Assembly: GCA_051362555.1 (NCBI GenBank)
Contig: JBPQGU010000016.1
Span: 4,960,001 to 5,024,000 of the forward strand
Source: Lingula anatina
Taxonomy: Eukaryota; Animalia; Brachiopoda
Direction: 5' to 3'
Length of the DNA stretch: 64,000 nucleotides
Below are positions 37,123 through 52,100 of the stretch, piece after piece. Each line of letters begins with the position of its first letter. The stretch's first letter is position 1. A program made the translations under genes and the position numbers. The notes under the pieces are model-generated. The model did not search any database. It was not told the origin of the DNA and worked only from the letters and a program-made list of their open reading frames with translations.

Positions 37123-40100
37123 AATGATGACACCACCACTCTTCCAGCACTTTATTCTTACTACAAATGACCGAACACACCTACCTGACACTATAACGAA
37201 GAAAAAAATTTTTCATCCCTACCTGGCCAAAATTGAAGAAATCTCACAGTGCCGGCACTGTTCAAAATCACTCAAAATCACCAAAAATCGACCCGTCTCC
37301 GATTTTTCCAAAAAGTGACGAAAATCAATCTACCACACCTGTCATTCATAAAAAATGTGGAAACGCGCCCGGGTCACTTCATCAAGGCCCCCAATTCTAG
37401 CTTTAAAGATGATCCAAAAATGAGCTCTGAGAACAGAATCTGAGAGGGGGGGGGGGGAGACACAGTTTTTGCTCTATTTCTTCCTTAATGATGACACCAC
37501 CACTCTTCCAGCACTTTATTCTTACTACAAATGACCGAACACACCTACCTGACACTATAACGAAGAAAAAAATTTTTCATCCCTACCTGGCCAAAATTGA
37601 AGAAATCTCACAGTGCCGGCACTGTTCAAAATCACTCAAAATCACCAAAAATCGACCCGTCTCCGATTTTTCCAAAAAGTGACGAAAATCAATCTACCAC
37701 ACCTGTCATTCATAAAAAATGTGGAAACGCGCCCGGGTCACTTCATCAAGGCCCCCAATTCTAGCTTTAAAGATGATCCAAAAATGAGCTCTGAGAACAG
37801 AATCTGAGAGGGGGGGGGGGGAGACACAGTTTTTGCTCTATTTCTTCCTTAATGATGACACCACCACTCTTCCAGCACTTTATTCTTACTACAAATGACC
37901 GAACACACCTACCTGACACTATAACGAAGAAAAAAATTTTTCATCCCTACCTGGCCAAAATTGAAGAAATCTCACAGTGCCGGCACTGTTCAAAATCACT
38001 CAAAATCACCAAAAATCGACCCGTCTCCGATTTTTCCAAAAAGTGACGAAAATCAATCTACCACACCTGTCATTCATAAAAAATGTGGAAACGCGCCCGG
38101 GTCACTTCATCAAGGCCCCCAATTCTAGCTTTAAAGATGATCCAAAAATGAGCTCTGAGAACAGAATCTGAGAGGGGGGGGGGGGGAGACACAGTTTTTG
38201 CTCTATTTCTTCCTTAATGATGACACCACCACTCTTCCAGCACTTTATTCTTACTACAAATGACCGAACACACCTACCTGACACTATAACGAAGAAAAAA
38301 ATTTTTCATCCCTACCTGGCCAAAATTGAAGAAATCTCACAGTGCCGGCACTGTTCAAAATCACTCAAAATCACCAAAAATCGACCCGTCTCCGATTTTT
38401 CCAAAAAGTGACGAAAATCAATCTACCACACCTGTCATTCATAAAAAATGTGGAAACGCGCCCGGGTCACTTCATCAAGGCCCCCAATTCTAGCTTTAAA
38501 GATGATCCAAAAATGAGCTCTGAGAACAGAATCTGAGAGGGGGGGGGGGGGAGACACAGTTTTTGCTCTATTTCTTCCTTAATGATGACACCACCACTCT
38601 TCCAGCACTTTATTCTTACTACAAATGACCGAACACACCTACCTGACACTATAACGAAGAAAAAAATTTTTCATCCCTACCTGGCCAAAATTGAAGAAAT
38701 CTCACAGTGCCGGCACTGTTCAAAATCACTCAAAATCACCAAAAATCGACCCGTCTCCGATTTTTCCAAAAAGTGACGAAAATCAATCTACCACACCTGT
38801 CATTCATAAAAAATGTGGAAACGCGCCCGGGTCACTTCATCAAGGCCCCCAATTCTAGCTTTAAAGATGATCCAAAAATGAGCTCTGAGAACAGAATCTG
38901 AGAGGGGGGGGGGGGAGACACAGTTTTTGCTCTATTTCTTCCTTAATGATGACACCACCACTCTTCCAGCACTTTATTCTTACTACAAATGACCGAACAC
39001 ACCTACCTGACACTATAACGAAGAAAAAAATTTTTCATCCCTACCTGGCCAAAATTGAAGAAATCTCACAGTGCCGGCACTGTTCAAAATCACTCAAAAT
39101 CACCAAAAATCGACCCGTCTCCGATTTTTCCAAAAAGTGACGAAAATCAATCTACCACACCTGTCATTCATAAAAAATGTGGAAACGCGCCCGGGTCACT
39201 TCATCAAGGCCCCCAATTCTAGCTTTAAAGATGATCCAAAAATGAGCTCTGAGAACAGAATCTGAGAGGGGGGGGGGGGAGACACAGTTTTTGCTCTATT
39301 TCTTCCTTAATGATGACACCACCACTCTTCCAGCACTTTATTCTTACTACAAATGACCGAACACACCTACCTGACACTATAACGAAGAAAAAAATTTTTC
39401 ATCCCTACCTGGCCAAAATTGAAGAAATCTCACAGTGCCGGCACTGTTCAAAATCACTCAAAATCACCAAAAATCGACCCGTCTCCGATTTTTCCAAAAA
39501 GTGACGAAAATCAATCTACCACACCTGTCATTCATAAAAAATGTGGAAACGCGCCCGGGTCACTTCATCAAGGCCCCCAATTCTAGCTTTAAAGATGATC
39601 CAAAAATGAGCTCTGAGAACAGAATCTGAGAGGGGGGGGGGGGGAGACACAGTTTTTGCTCTATTTCTTCCTTAATGATGACACCACCACTCTTCCAGCA
39701 CTTTATTCTTACTACAAATGACCGAACACACCTACCTGACACTATAACGAAGAAAAAAATTTTTCATCCCTACCTGGCCAAAATTGAAGAAATCTCACAG
39801 TGCCGGCACTGTTCAAAATCACTCAAAATCACCAAAAATCGACCCGTCTCCGATTTTTCCAAAAAGTGACGAAAATCAATCTACCACACCTGTCATTCAT
39901 AAAAAATGTGGAAACGCGCCCGGGTCACTTCATCAAGGCCCCCAATTCTAGCTTTAAAGATGATCCAAAAATGAGCTCTGAGAACAGAATCTGAGAGGGG
40001 GGGGGGGGGGAGACACAGTTTTTGCTCTATTTCTTCCTTAATGATGACACCACCACTCTTCCAGCACTTTATTCTTACTACAAATGACCGAACACACCTA

Positions 40101-43100
40101 CCTGACACTATAACGAAGAAAAAAATTTTTCATCCCTACCTGGCCAAAATTGAAGAAATCTCACAGTGCCGGCACTGTTCAAAATCACTCAAAATCACCA
40201 AAAATCGACCCGTCTCCGATTTTTCCAAAAAGTGACGAAAATCAATCTACCACACCTGTCATTCATAAAAAATGTGGAAACGCGCCCGGGTCACTTCATC
40301 AAGGCCCCCAATTCTAGCTTTAAAGATGATCCAAAAATGAGCTCTGAGAACAGAATCTGAGAGGGGGGGGGGGGGAGACACAGTTTTTGCTCTATTTCTT
40401 CCTTAATGATGACACCACCACTCTTCCAGCACTTTATTCTTACTACAAATGACCGAACACACCTACCTGACACTATAACGAAGAAAAAAATTTTTCATCC
40501 CTACCTGGCCAAAATTGAAGAAATCTCACAGTGCCGGCACTGTTCAAAATCACTCAAAATCACCAAAAATCGACCCGTCTCCGATTTTTCCAAAAAGTGA
40601 CGAAAATCAATCTACCACACCTGTCATTCATAAAAAATGTGGAAACGCGCCCGGGTCACTTCATCAAGGCCCCCAATTCTAGCTTTAAAGATGATCCAAA
40701 AATGAGCTCTGAGAACAGAATCTGAGAGGGGGGGGGGGGGAGACACAGTTTTTGCTCTATTTCTTCCTTAATGATGACACCACCACTCTTCCAGCACTTT
40801 ATTCTTACTACAAATGACCGAACACACCTACCTGACACTATAACGAAGAAAAAAATTTTTCATCCCTACCTGGCCAAAATTGAAGAAATCTCACAGTGCC
40901 GGCACTGTTCAAAATCACTCAAAATCACCAAAAATCGACCCGTCTCCGATTTTTCCAAAAAGTGACGAAAATCAATCTACCACACCTGTCATTCATAAAA
41001 AATGTGGAAACGCGCCCGGGTCACTTCATCAAGGCCCCCAATTCTAGCTTTAAAGATGATCCAAAAATGAGCTCTGAGAACAGAATCTGAGAGGGGGGGG
41101 GGGGGAGACACAGTTTTTGCTCTATTTCTTCCTTAATGATGACACCACCACTCTTCCAGCACTTTATTCTTACTACAAATGACCGAACACACCTACCTGA
41201 CACTATAACGAAGAAAAAAATTTTTCATCCCTACCTGGCCAAAATTGAAGAAATCTCACAGTGCCGGCACTGTTCAAAATCACTCAAAATCACCAAAAAT
41301 CGACCCGTCTCCGATTTTTCCAAAAAGTGACGAAAATCAATCTACCACACCTGTCATTCATAAAAAATGTGGAAACGCGCCCGGGTCACTTCATCAAGGC
41401 CCCCAATTCTAGCTTTAAAGATGATCCAAAAATGAGCTCTGAGAACAGAATCTGAGAGGGGGGGGGGGGGAGACACAGTTTTTGCTCTATTTCTTCCTTA
41501 ATGATGACACCACCACTCTTCCAGCACTTTATTCTTACTACAAATGACCGAACACACCTACCTGACACTATAACGAAGAAAAAAATTTTTCATCCCTACC
41601 TGGCCAAAATTGAAGAAATCTCACAGTGCCGGCACTGTTCAAAATCACTCAAAATCACCAAAAATCGACCCGTCTCCGATTTTTCCAAAAAGTGACGAAA
41701 ATCAATCTACCACACCTGTCATTCATAAAAAATGTGGAAACGCGCCCGGGTCACTTCATCAAGGCCCCCAATTCTAGCTTTAAAGATGATCCAAAAATGA
41801 GCTCTGAGAACAGAATCTGAGAGGGGGGGGGGGGAGACACAGTTTTTGCTCTATTTCTTCCTTAATGATGACACCACCACTCTTCCAGCACTTTATTCTT
41901 ACTACAAATGACCGAACACACCTACCTGACACTATAACGAAGAAAAAAATTTTTCATCCCTACCTGGCCAAAATTGAAGAAATCTCACAGTGCCGGCACT
42001 GTTCAAAATCACTCAAAATCACCAAAAATCGACCCGTCTCCGATTTTTCCAAAAAGTGACGAAAATCAATCTACCACACCTGTCATTCATAAAAAATGTG
42101 GAAACGCGCCCGGGTCACTTCATCAAGGCCCCCAATTCTAGCTTTAAAGATGATCCAAAAATGAGCTCTGAGAACAGAATCTGAGAGGGGGGGGGGGGGA
42201 GACACAGTTTTTGCTCTATTTCTTCCTTAATGATGACACCACCACTCTTCCAGCACTTTATTCTTACTACAAATGACCGAACACACCTACCTGACACTAT
42301 AACGAAGAAAAAAATTTTTCATCCCTACCTGGCCAAAATTGAAGAAATCTCACAGTGCCGGCACTGTTCAAAATCACTCAAAATCACCAAAAATCGACCC
42401 GTCTCCGATTTTTCCAAAAAGTGACGAAAATCAATCTACCACACCTGTCATTCATAAAAAATGTGGAAACGCGCCCGGGTCACTTCATCAAGGCCCCCAA
42501 TTCTAGCTTTAAAGATGATCCAAAAATGAGCTCTGAGAACAGAATCTGAGAGGGGGGGGGGGGAGACACAGTTTTTGCTCTATTTCTTCCTTAATGATGA
42601 CACCACCACTCTTCCAGCACTTTATTCTTACTACAAATGACCGAACACACCTACCTGACACTATAACGAAGAAAAAAATTTTTCATCCCTACCTGGCCAA
42701 AATTGAAGAAATCTCACAGTGCCGGCACTGTTCAAAATCACTCAAAATCACCAAAAATCGACCCGTCTCCGATTTTTCCAAAAAGTGACGAAAATCAATC
42801 TACCACACCTGTCATTCATAAAAAATGTGGAAACGCGCCCGGGTCACTTCATCAAGGCCCCCAATTCTAGCTTTAAAGATGATCCAAAAATGAGCTCTGA
42901 GAACAGAATCTGAGAGGGGGGGGGGGGAGACACAGTTTTTGCTCTATTTCTTCCTTAATGATGACACCACCACTCTTCCAGCACTTTATTCTTACTACAA
43001 ATGACCGAACACACCTACCTGACACTATAACGAAGAAAAAAATTTTTCATCCCTACCTGGCCAAAATTGAAGAAATCTCACAGTGCCGGCACTGTTCAAA

Positions 43101-46100
43101 ATCACTCAAAATCACCAAAAATCGACCCGTCTCCGATTTTTCCAAAAAGTGACGAAAATCAATCTACCACACCTGTCATTCATAAAAAATGTGGAAACGC
43201 GCCCGGGTCACTTCATCAAGGCCCCCAATTCTAGCTTTAAAGATGATCCAAAAATGAGCTCTGAGAACAGAATCTGAGAGGGGGGGGGGGGAGACACAGT
43301 TTTTGCTCTATTTCTTCCTTAATGATGACACCACCACTCTTCCAGCACTTTATTCTTACTACAAATGACCGAACACACCTACCTGACACTATAACGAAGA
43401 AAAAAATTTTTCATCCCTACCTGGCCAAAATTGAAGAAATCTCACAGTGCCGGCACTGTTCAAAATCACTCAAAATCACCAAAAATCGACCCGTCTCCGA
43501 TTTTTCCAAAAAGTGACGAAAATCAATCTACCACACCTGTCATTCATAAAAAATGTGGAAACGCGCCCGGGTCACTTCATCAAGGCCCCCAATTCTAGCT
43601 TTAAAGATGATCCAAAAATGAGCTCTGAGAACAGAATCTGAGAGGGGGGGGGGGGGAGACACAGTTTTTGCTCTATTTCTTCCTTAATGATGACACCACC
43701 ACTCTTCCAGCACTTTATTCTTACTACAAATGACCGAACACACCTACCTGACACTATAACGAAGAAAAAAATTTTTCATCCCTACCTGGCCAAAATTGAA
43801 GAAATCTCACAGTGCCGGCACTGTTCAAAATCACTCAAAATCACCAAAAATCGACCCGTCTCCGATTTTTCCAAAAAGTGACGAAAATCAATCTACCACA
43901 CCTGTCATTCATAAAAAATGTGGAAACGCGCCCGGGTCACTTCATCAAGGCCCCCAATTCTAGCTTTAAAGATGATCCAAAAATGAGCTCTGAGAACAGA
44001 ATCTGAGAGGGGGGGGGGGGAGACACAGTTTTTGCTCTATTTCTTCCTTAATGATGACACCACCACTCTTCCAGCACTTTATTCTTACTACAAATGACCG
44101 AACACACCTACCTGACACTATAACGAAGAAAAAAATTTTTCATCCCTACCTGGCCAAAATTGAAGAAATCTCACAGTGCCGGCACTGTTCAAAATCACTC
44201 AAAATCACCAAAAATCGACCCGTCTCCGATTTTTCCAAAAAGTGACGAAAATCAATCTACCACACCTGTCATTCATAAAAAATGTGGAAACGCGCCCGGG
44301 TCACTTCATCAAGGCCCCCAATTCTAGCTTTAAAGATGATCCAAAAATGAGCTCTGAGAACAGAATCTGAGAGGGGGGGGGGGGGGAGACACAGTTTTTG
44401 CTCTATTTCTTCCTTAATGATGACACCACCACTCTTCCAGCACTTTATTCTTACTACAAATGACCGAACACACCTACCTGACACTATAACGAAGAAAAAA
44501 ATTTTTCATCCCTACCTGGCCAAAATTGAAGAAATCTCACAGTGCCGGCACTGTTCAAAATCACTCAAAATCACCAAAAATCGACCCGTCTCCGATTTTT
44601 CCAAAAAGTGACGAAAATCAATCTACCACACCTGTCATTCATAAAAAATGTGGAAACGCGCCCGGGTCACTTCATCAAGGCCCCCAATTCTAGCTTTAAA
44701 GATGATCCAAAAATGAGCTCTGAGAACAGAATCTGAGAGGGGGGGGGGGGGAGACACAGTTTTTGCTCTATTTCTTCCTTAATGATGACACCACCACTCT
44801 TCCAGCACTTTATTCTTACTACAAATGACCGAACACACCTACCTGACACTATAACGAAGAAAAAAATTTTTCATCCCTACCTGGCCAAAATTGAAGAAAT
44901 CTCACAGTGCCGGCACTGTTCAAAATCACTCAAAATCACCAAAAATCGACCCGTCTCCGATTTTTCCAAAAAGTGACGAAAATCAATCTACCACACCTGT
45001 CATTCATAAAAAATGTGGAAACGCGCCCGGGTCACTTCATCAAGGCCCCCAATTCTAGCTTTAAAGATGATCCAAAAATGAGCTCTGAGAACAGAATCTG
45101 AGAGGGGGGGGGGGGGAGACACAGTTTTTGCTCTATTTCTTCCTTAATGATGACACCACCACTCTTCCAGCACTTTATTCTTACTACAAATGACCGAACA
45201 CACCTACCTGACACTATAACGAAGAAAAAAATTTTTCATCCCTACCTGGCCAAAATTGAAGAAATCTCACAGTGCCGGCACTGTTCAAAATCACTCAAAA
45301 TCACCAAAAATCGACCCGTCTCCGATTTTTCCAAAAAGTGACGAAAATCAATCTACCACACCTGTCATTCATAAAAAATGTGGAAACGCGCCCGGGTCAC
45401 TTCATCAAGGCCCCCAATTCTAGCTTTAAAGATGATCCAAAAATGAGCTCTGAGAACAGAATCTGAGAGGGGGGGGGGGGGAGACACAGTTTTTGCTCTA
45501 TTTCTTCCTTAATGATGACACCACCACTCTTCCAGCACTTTATTCTTACTACAAATGACCGAACACACCTACCTGACACTATAACGAAGAAAAAAATTTT
45601 TCATCCCTACCTGGCCAAAATTGAAGAAATCTCACAGTGCCGGCACTGTTCAAAATCACTCAAAATCACCAAAAATCGACCCGTCTCCGATTTTTCCAAA
45701 AAGTGACGAAAATCAATCTACCACACCTGTCATTCATAAAAAATGTGGAAACGCGCCCGGGTCACTTCATCAAGGCCCCCAATTCTAGCTTTAAAGATGA
45801 TCCAAAAATGAGCTCTGAGAACAGAATCTGAGAGGGGGGGGGGGGAGACACAGTTTTTGCTCTATTTCTTCCTTAATGATGACACCACCACTCTTCCAGC
45901 ACTTTATTCTTACTACAAATGACCGAACACACCTACCTGACACTATAACGAAGAAAAAAATTTTTCATCCCTACCTGGCCAAAATTGAAGAAATCTCACA
46001 GTGCCGGCACTGTTCAAAATCACTCAAAATCACCAAAAATCGACCCGTCTCCGATTTTTCCAAAAAGTGACGAAAATCAATCTACCACACCTGTCATTCA

Positions 46101-49100
46101 TAAAAAATGTGGAAACGCGCCCGGGTCACTTCATCAAGGCCCCCAATTCTAGCTTTAAAGATGATCCAAAAATGAGCTCTGAGAACAGAATCTGAGAGGG
46201 GGGGGGGGGAGACACAGTTTTTGCTCTATTTCTTACTTAATGATGACACCACCACTCTTCCAGCACTTTATTCTTACTACAAATGACCGAACACACCTAC
46301 CTGACACTATAACGAAGAAAAAAATTTTTCATCCCTACCTGGCCAAAATTGAAGAAATCTCACAGTGCCGGCACTGTTCAAAATCACTCAAAATCACCAA
46401 AAATCGACCCGTCTCCGATTTTTCCAAAAAGTGACGAAAATCAATCTACCACACCTGTCATTCATAAAAAATGTGGAAACGCGCCCGGGTCACTTCATCA
46501 AGGCCCCCAATTCTAGCTTTAAAGATGATCCAAAAATGAGCTCTGAGAACAGAATCTGAGAGGGGGGGGAGGGGAGACACAGTTTTTGCTCTATTTCTTC
46601 CTTAATGATGACACCACCACTCTTCCAGCACTTTATTCTTACTACAAATGACCGAACACACCTACCTGACACTATAACGAAGAAAAAAATTTTTCATCCC
46701 TACCTGGCCAAAATTGAAGAAATCTCACAGTGCCGGCACTGTTCAAAATCACTCAAAATCACCAAAAATCGACCCGTCTCCGATTTTTCCAAAAAGTGAC
46801 GAAAATCAATCTACCACACCTGTCATTCATAAAAAATGTGGAAACGCGCCCGGGTCACTTCATCAAGGCCCCCAATTCTAGCTTTAAAGATGATCCAAAA
46901 ATGAGCTCTGAGAACAGAATCTGAGAGGGGGGGGGGGGAGACACAGTTTTTGCTCTATTTCTTCCTTAATGATGACACCACCACTCTTCCAGCACTTTAT
47001 TCTTACTACAAATGACCGAACACACCTACCTGACACTATAACGAAGAAAAAAATTTTTCATCCCTACCTGGCCAAAATTGAAGAAATCTCACAGTGCCGG
47101 CACTGTTCAAAATCACTCAAAATCACCAAAAATCGACCCGTCTCCGATTTTTCCAAAAAGTGACGAAAATCAATCTACCACACCTGTCATTCATAAAAAA
47201 TGTGGAAACGCGCCCGGGTCACTTCATCAAGGCCCCCAATTCTAGCTTTAAAGATGATCCAAAAATGAGCTCTGAGAACAGAATCTGAGAGGGGGGGGGG
47301 GGGAGACACAGTTTTTGCTCTATTTCTTCCTTAATGATGACACCACCACTCTTCCAGCACTTTATTCTTACTACAAATGACCGAACACACCTACCTGACA
47401 CTATAACGAAGAAAAAAATTTTTCATCCCTACCTGGCCAAAATTGAAGAAATCTCACAGTGCCGGCACTGTTCAAAATCACTCAAAATCACCAAAAATCG
47501 ACCCGTCTCCGATTTTTCCAAAAAGTGACGAAAATCAATCTACCACACCTGTCATTCATAAAAAATGTGGAAACGCGCCCGGGTCACTTCATCAAGGCCC
47601 CCAATTCTAGCTTTAAAGATGATCCAAAAATGAGCTCTGAGAACAGAATCTGAGAGGGGGGGGGGGGGAGACACAGTTTTTGCTCTATTTCTTCCTTAAT
47701 GATGACACCACCACTCTTCCAGCACTTTATTCTTACTACAAATGACCGAACACACCTACCTGACACTATAACGAAGAAAAAAATTTTTCATCCCTACCTG
47801 GCCAAAATTGAAGAAATCTCACAGTGCCGGCACTGTTCAAAATCACTCAAAATCACCAAAAATCGACCCGTCTCCGATTTTTCCAAAAAGTGACGAAAAT
47901 CAATCTACCACACCTGTCATTCATAAAAAATGTGGAAACGCGCCCGGGTCACTTCATCAAGGCCCCCAATTCTAGCTTTAAAGATGATCCAAAAATGAGC
48001 TCTGAGAACAGAATCTGAGAGGGGGGGGGGGGGAGACACAGTTTTTGCTCTATTTCTTCCTTAATGATGACACCACCACTCTTCCAGCACTTTATTCTTA
48101 CTACAAATGACCGAACACACCTACCTGACACTATAACGAAGAAAAAAATTTTTCATCCCTACCTGGCCAAAATTGAAGAAATCTCACAGTGCCGGCACTG
48201 TTCAAAATCACTCAAAATCACCAAAAATCGACCCGTCTCCGATTTTTCCAAAAAGTGACGAAAATCAATCTACCACACCTGTCATTCATAAAAAATGTGG
48301 AAACGCGCCCGGGTCACTTCATCAAGGCCCCCAATTCTAGCTTTAAAGATGATCCAAAAATGAGCTCTGAGAACAGAATCTGAGAGGGGGGGGGGGGGGG
48401 AGACACAGTTTTTGCTCTATTTCTTCCTTAATGATGACACCACCACTCTTCCAGCACTTTATTCTTACTACAAATGACCGAACACACCTACCTGACACTA
48501 TAACGAAGAAAAAAATTTTTCATCCCTACCTGGCCAAAATTGAAGAAATCTCACAGTGCCGGCACTGTTCAAAATCACTCAAAATCACCAAAAATCGACC
48601 CGTCTCCGATTTTTCCAAAAAGTGACGAAAATCAATCTACCACACCTGTCATTCATAAAAAATGTGGAAACGCGCCCGGGTCACTTCATCAAGGCCCCCA
48701 ATTCTAGCTTTAAAGATGATCCAAAAATGAGCTCTGAGAACAGAATCTGAGAGGGGGGGGGGGGGGAGACACAGTTTTTGCTCTATTTCTTCCTTAATGA
48801 TGACACCACCACTCTTCCAGCACTTTATTCTTACTACAAATGACCGAACACACCTACCTGACACTATAACGAAGAAAAAAATTTTTCATCCCTACCTGGC
48901 CAAAATTGAAGAAATCTCACAGTGCCGGCACTGTTCAAAATCACTCAAAATCACCAAAAATCGACCCGTCTCCGATTTTTCCAAAAAGTGACGAAAATCA
49001 ATCTACCACACCTGTCATTCATAAAAAATGTGGAAACGCGCCCGGGTCACTTCATCAAGGCCCCCAATTCTAGCTTTAAAGATGATCCAAAAATGAGCTC

Positions 49101-52100
49101 TGAGAACAGAATCTGAGAGGGGGGGGGGGGAGACACAGTTTTTGCTCTATTTCTTCCTTAATGATGACACCACCACTCTTCCAGCACTTTATTCTTACTA
49201 CAAATGACCGAACACACCTACCTGACACTATAACGAAGAAAAAAATTTTTCATCCCTACCTGGCCAAAATTGAAGAAATCTCACAGTGCCGGCACTGTTC
49301 AAAATCACTCAAAATCACCAAAAATCGACCCGTCTCCGATTTTTCCAAAAAGTGACGAAAATCAATCTACCACACCTGTCATTCATAAAAAATGTGGAAA
49401 CGCGCCCGGGTCACTTCATCAAGGCCCCCAATTCTAGCTTTAAAGATGATCCAAAAATGAGCTCTGAGAACAGAATCTGAGAGGGGGGGGGGGGGAGACA
49501 CAGTTTTTGCTCTATTTCTTCCTTAATGATGACACCACCACTCTTCCAGCACTTTATTCTTACTACAAATGACCGAACACACCTACCTGACACTATAACG
49601 AAGAAAAAAATTTTTCATCCCTACCTGGCCAAAATTGAAGAAATCTCACAGTGCCGGCACTGTTCAAAATCACTCAAAATCACCAAAAATCGACCCGTCT
49701 CCGATTTTTCCAAAAAGTGACGAAAATCAATCTACCACACCTGTCATTCATAAAAAATGTGGAAACGCGCCCGGGTCACTTCATCAAGGCCCCCAATTCT
49801 AGCTTTAAAGATGATCCAAAAATGAGCTCTGAGAACAGAATCTGAGAGGGGGGGGGGGGGAGACACAGTTTTTGCTCTATTTCTTCCTTAATGATGACAC
49901 CACCACTCTTCCAGCACTTTATTCTTACTACAAATGACCGAACACACCTACCTGACACTATAACGAAGAAAAAAATTTTTCATCCCTACCTGGCCAAAAT
50001 TGAAGAAATCTCACAGTGCCGGCACTGTTCAAAATCACTCAAAATCACCAAAAATCGACCCGTCTCCGATTTTTCCAAAAAGTGACGAAAATCAATCTAC
50101 CACACCTGTCATTCATAAAAAATGTGGAAACGCGCCCGGGTCACTTCATCAAGGCCCCCAATTCTAGCTTTAAAGATGATCCAAAAATGAGCTCTGAGAA
50201 CAGAATCTGAGAGGGGGGGGGGGGGAGACACAGTTTTTGCTCTATTTCTTCCTTAATGATGACACCACCACTCTTCCAGCACTTTATTCTTACTACAAAT
50301 GACCGAACACACCTACCTGACACTATAACGAAGAAAAAAATTTTTCATCCCTACCTGGCCAAAATTGAAGAAATCTCACAGTGCCGGCACTGTTCAAAAT
50401 CACTCAAAATCACCAAAAATCGACCCGTCTCCGATTTTTCCAAAAAGTGACGAAAATCAATCTACCACACCTGTCATTCATAAAAAATGTGGAAACGCGC
50501 CCGGGTCACTTCATCAAGGCCCCCAATTCTAGCTTTAAAGATGATCCAAAAATGAGCTCTGAGAACAGAATCTGAGAGGGGGGGGGGGGGGGAGACACAG
50601 TTTTTGCTCTATTTCTTCCTTAATGATGACACCACCACTCTTCCAGCACTTTATTCTTACTACAAATGACCGAACACACCTACCTGACACTATAACGAAG
50701 AAAAAAATTTTTCATCCCTACCTGGCCAAAATTGAAGAAATCTCACAGTGCCGGCACTGTTCAAAATCACTCAAAATCACCAAAAATCGACCCGTCTCCG
50801 ATTTTTCCAAAAAGTGACGAAAATCAATCTACCACACCTGTCATTCATAAAAAATGTGGAAACGCGCCCGGGTCACTTCATCAAGGCCCCCAATTCTAGC
50901 TTTAAAGATGATCCAAAAATGAGCTCTGAGAACAGAATCTGAGAGGGGGGGGGGGGGAGACACAGTTTTTGCTCTATTTCTTCCTTAATGATGACACCAC
51001 CACTCTTCCAGCACTTTATTCTTACTACAAATGACCGAACACACCTACCTGACACTATAACGAAGAAAAAAATTTTTCATCCCTACCTGGCCAAAATTGA
51101 AGAAATCTCACAGTGCCGGCACTGTTCAAAATCACTCAAAATCACCAAAAATCGACCCGTCTCCGATTTTTCCAAAAAGTGACGAAAATCAATCTACCAC
51201 ACCTGTCATTCATAAAAAATGTGGAAACGCGGCGCCCGGGTCACTTCATCAAGGCCCCCAATTCTAGCTTTAAAGATGATCCAAAAATGAGCTCTGAGAA
51301 CAGAATCTGAGAGGGGGGGGGGGGAGACACAGTTTTTGCTCTATTTCTTCCTTAATGATGACACCACCACTCTTCCAGCACTTTATTCTTACTACAAATG
51401 ACCGAACACACCTACCTGACACTATAACGAAGAAAAAAATTTTTCATCCCTACCTGGCCAAAATTGAAGAAATCTCACAGTGCCGGCACTGTTCAAAATC
51501 ACTCAAAATCACCAAAAATCGACCCGTCTCCGATTTTTCCAAAAAGTGACGAAAATCAATCTACCACACCTGTCATTCATAAAAAATGTGGAAACGCGCC
51601 CGGGTCACTTCATCAAGGCCCCCAATTCTAGCTTTAAAGATGATCCAAAAATGAGCTCTGAGAACAGAATCTGAGAGGGGGGGGGGGGGGAGACACAGTT
51701 TTTGCTCTATTTCTTCCTTAATGATGACACCACCACTCTTCCAGCACTTTATTCTTACTACAAATGACCGAACACACCTACCTGACACTATAACGAAGAA
51801 AAAAATTTTTCATCCCTACCTGGCCAAAATTGAAGAAATCTCACAGTGCCGGCACTGTTCAAAATCACTCAAAATCACCAAAAATCGACCCGTCTCCGAT
51901 TTTTCCAAAAAGTGACGAAAATCAATCTACCACACCTGTCATTCATAAAAAATGTGGAAACGCGCCCGGGTCACTTCATCAAGGCCCCCAATTCTAGCTT
52001 TAAAGATGATCCAAAAATGAGCTCTGAGAACAGAATCTGAGAGGGGGGGGGGGGGGAGACACAGTTTTTGCTCTATTTCTTCCTTAATGATGACACCACC

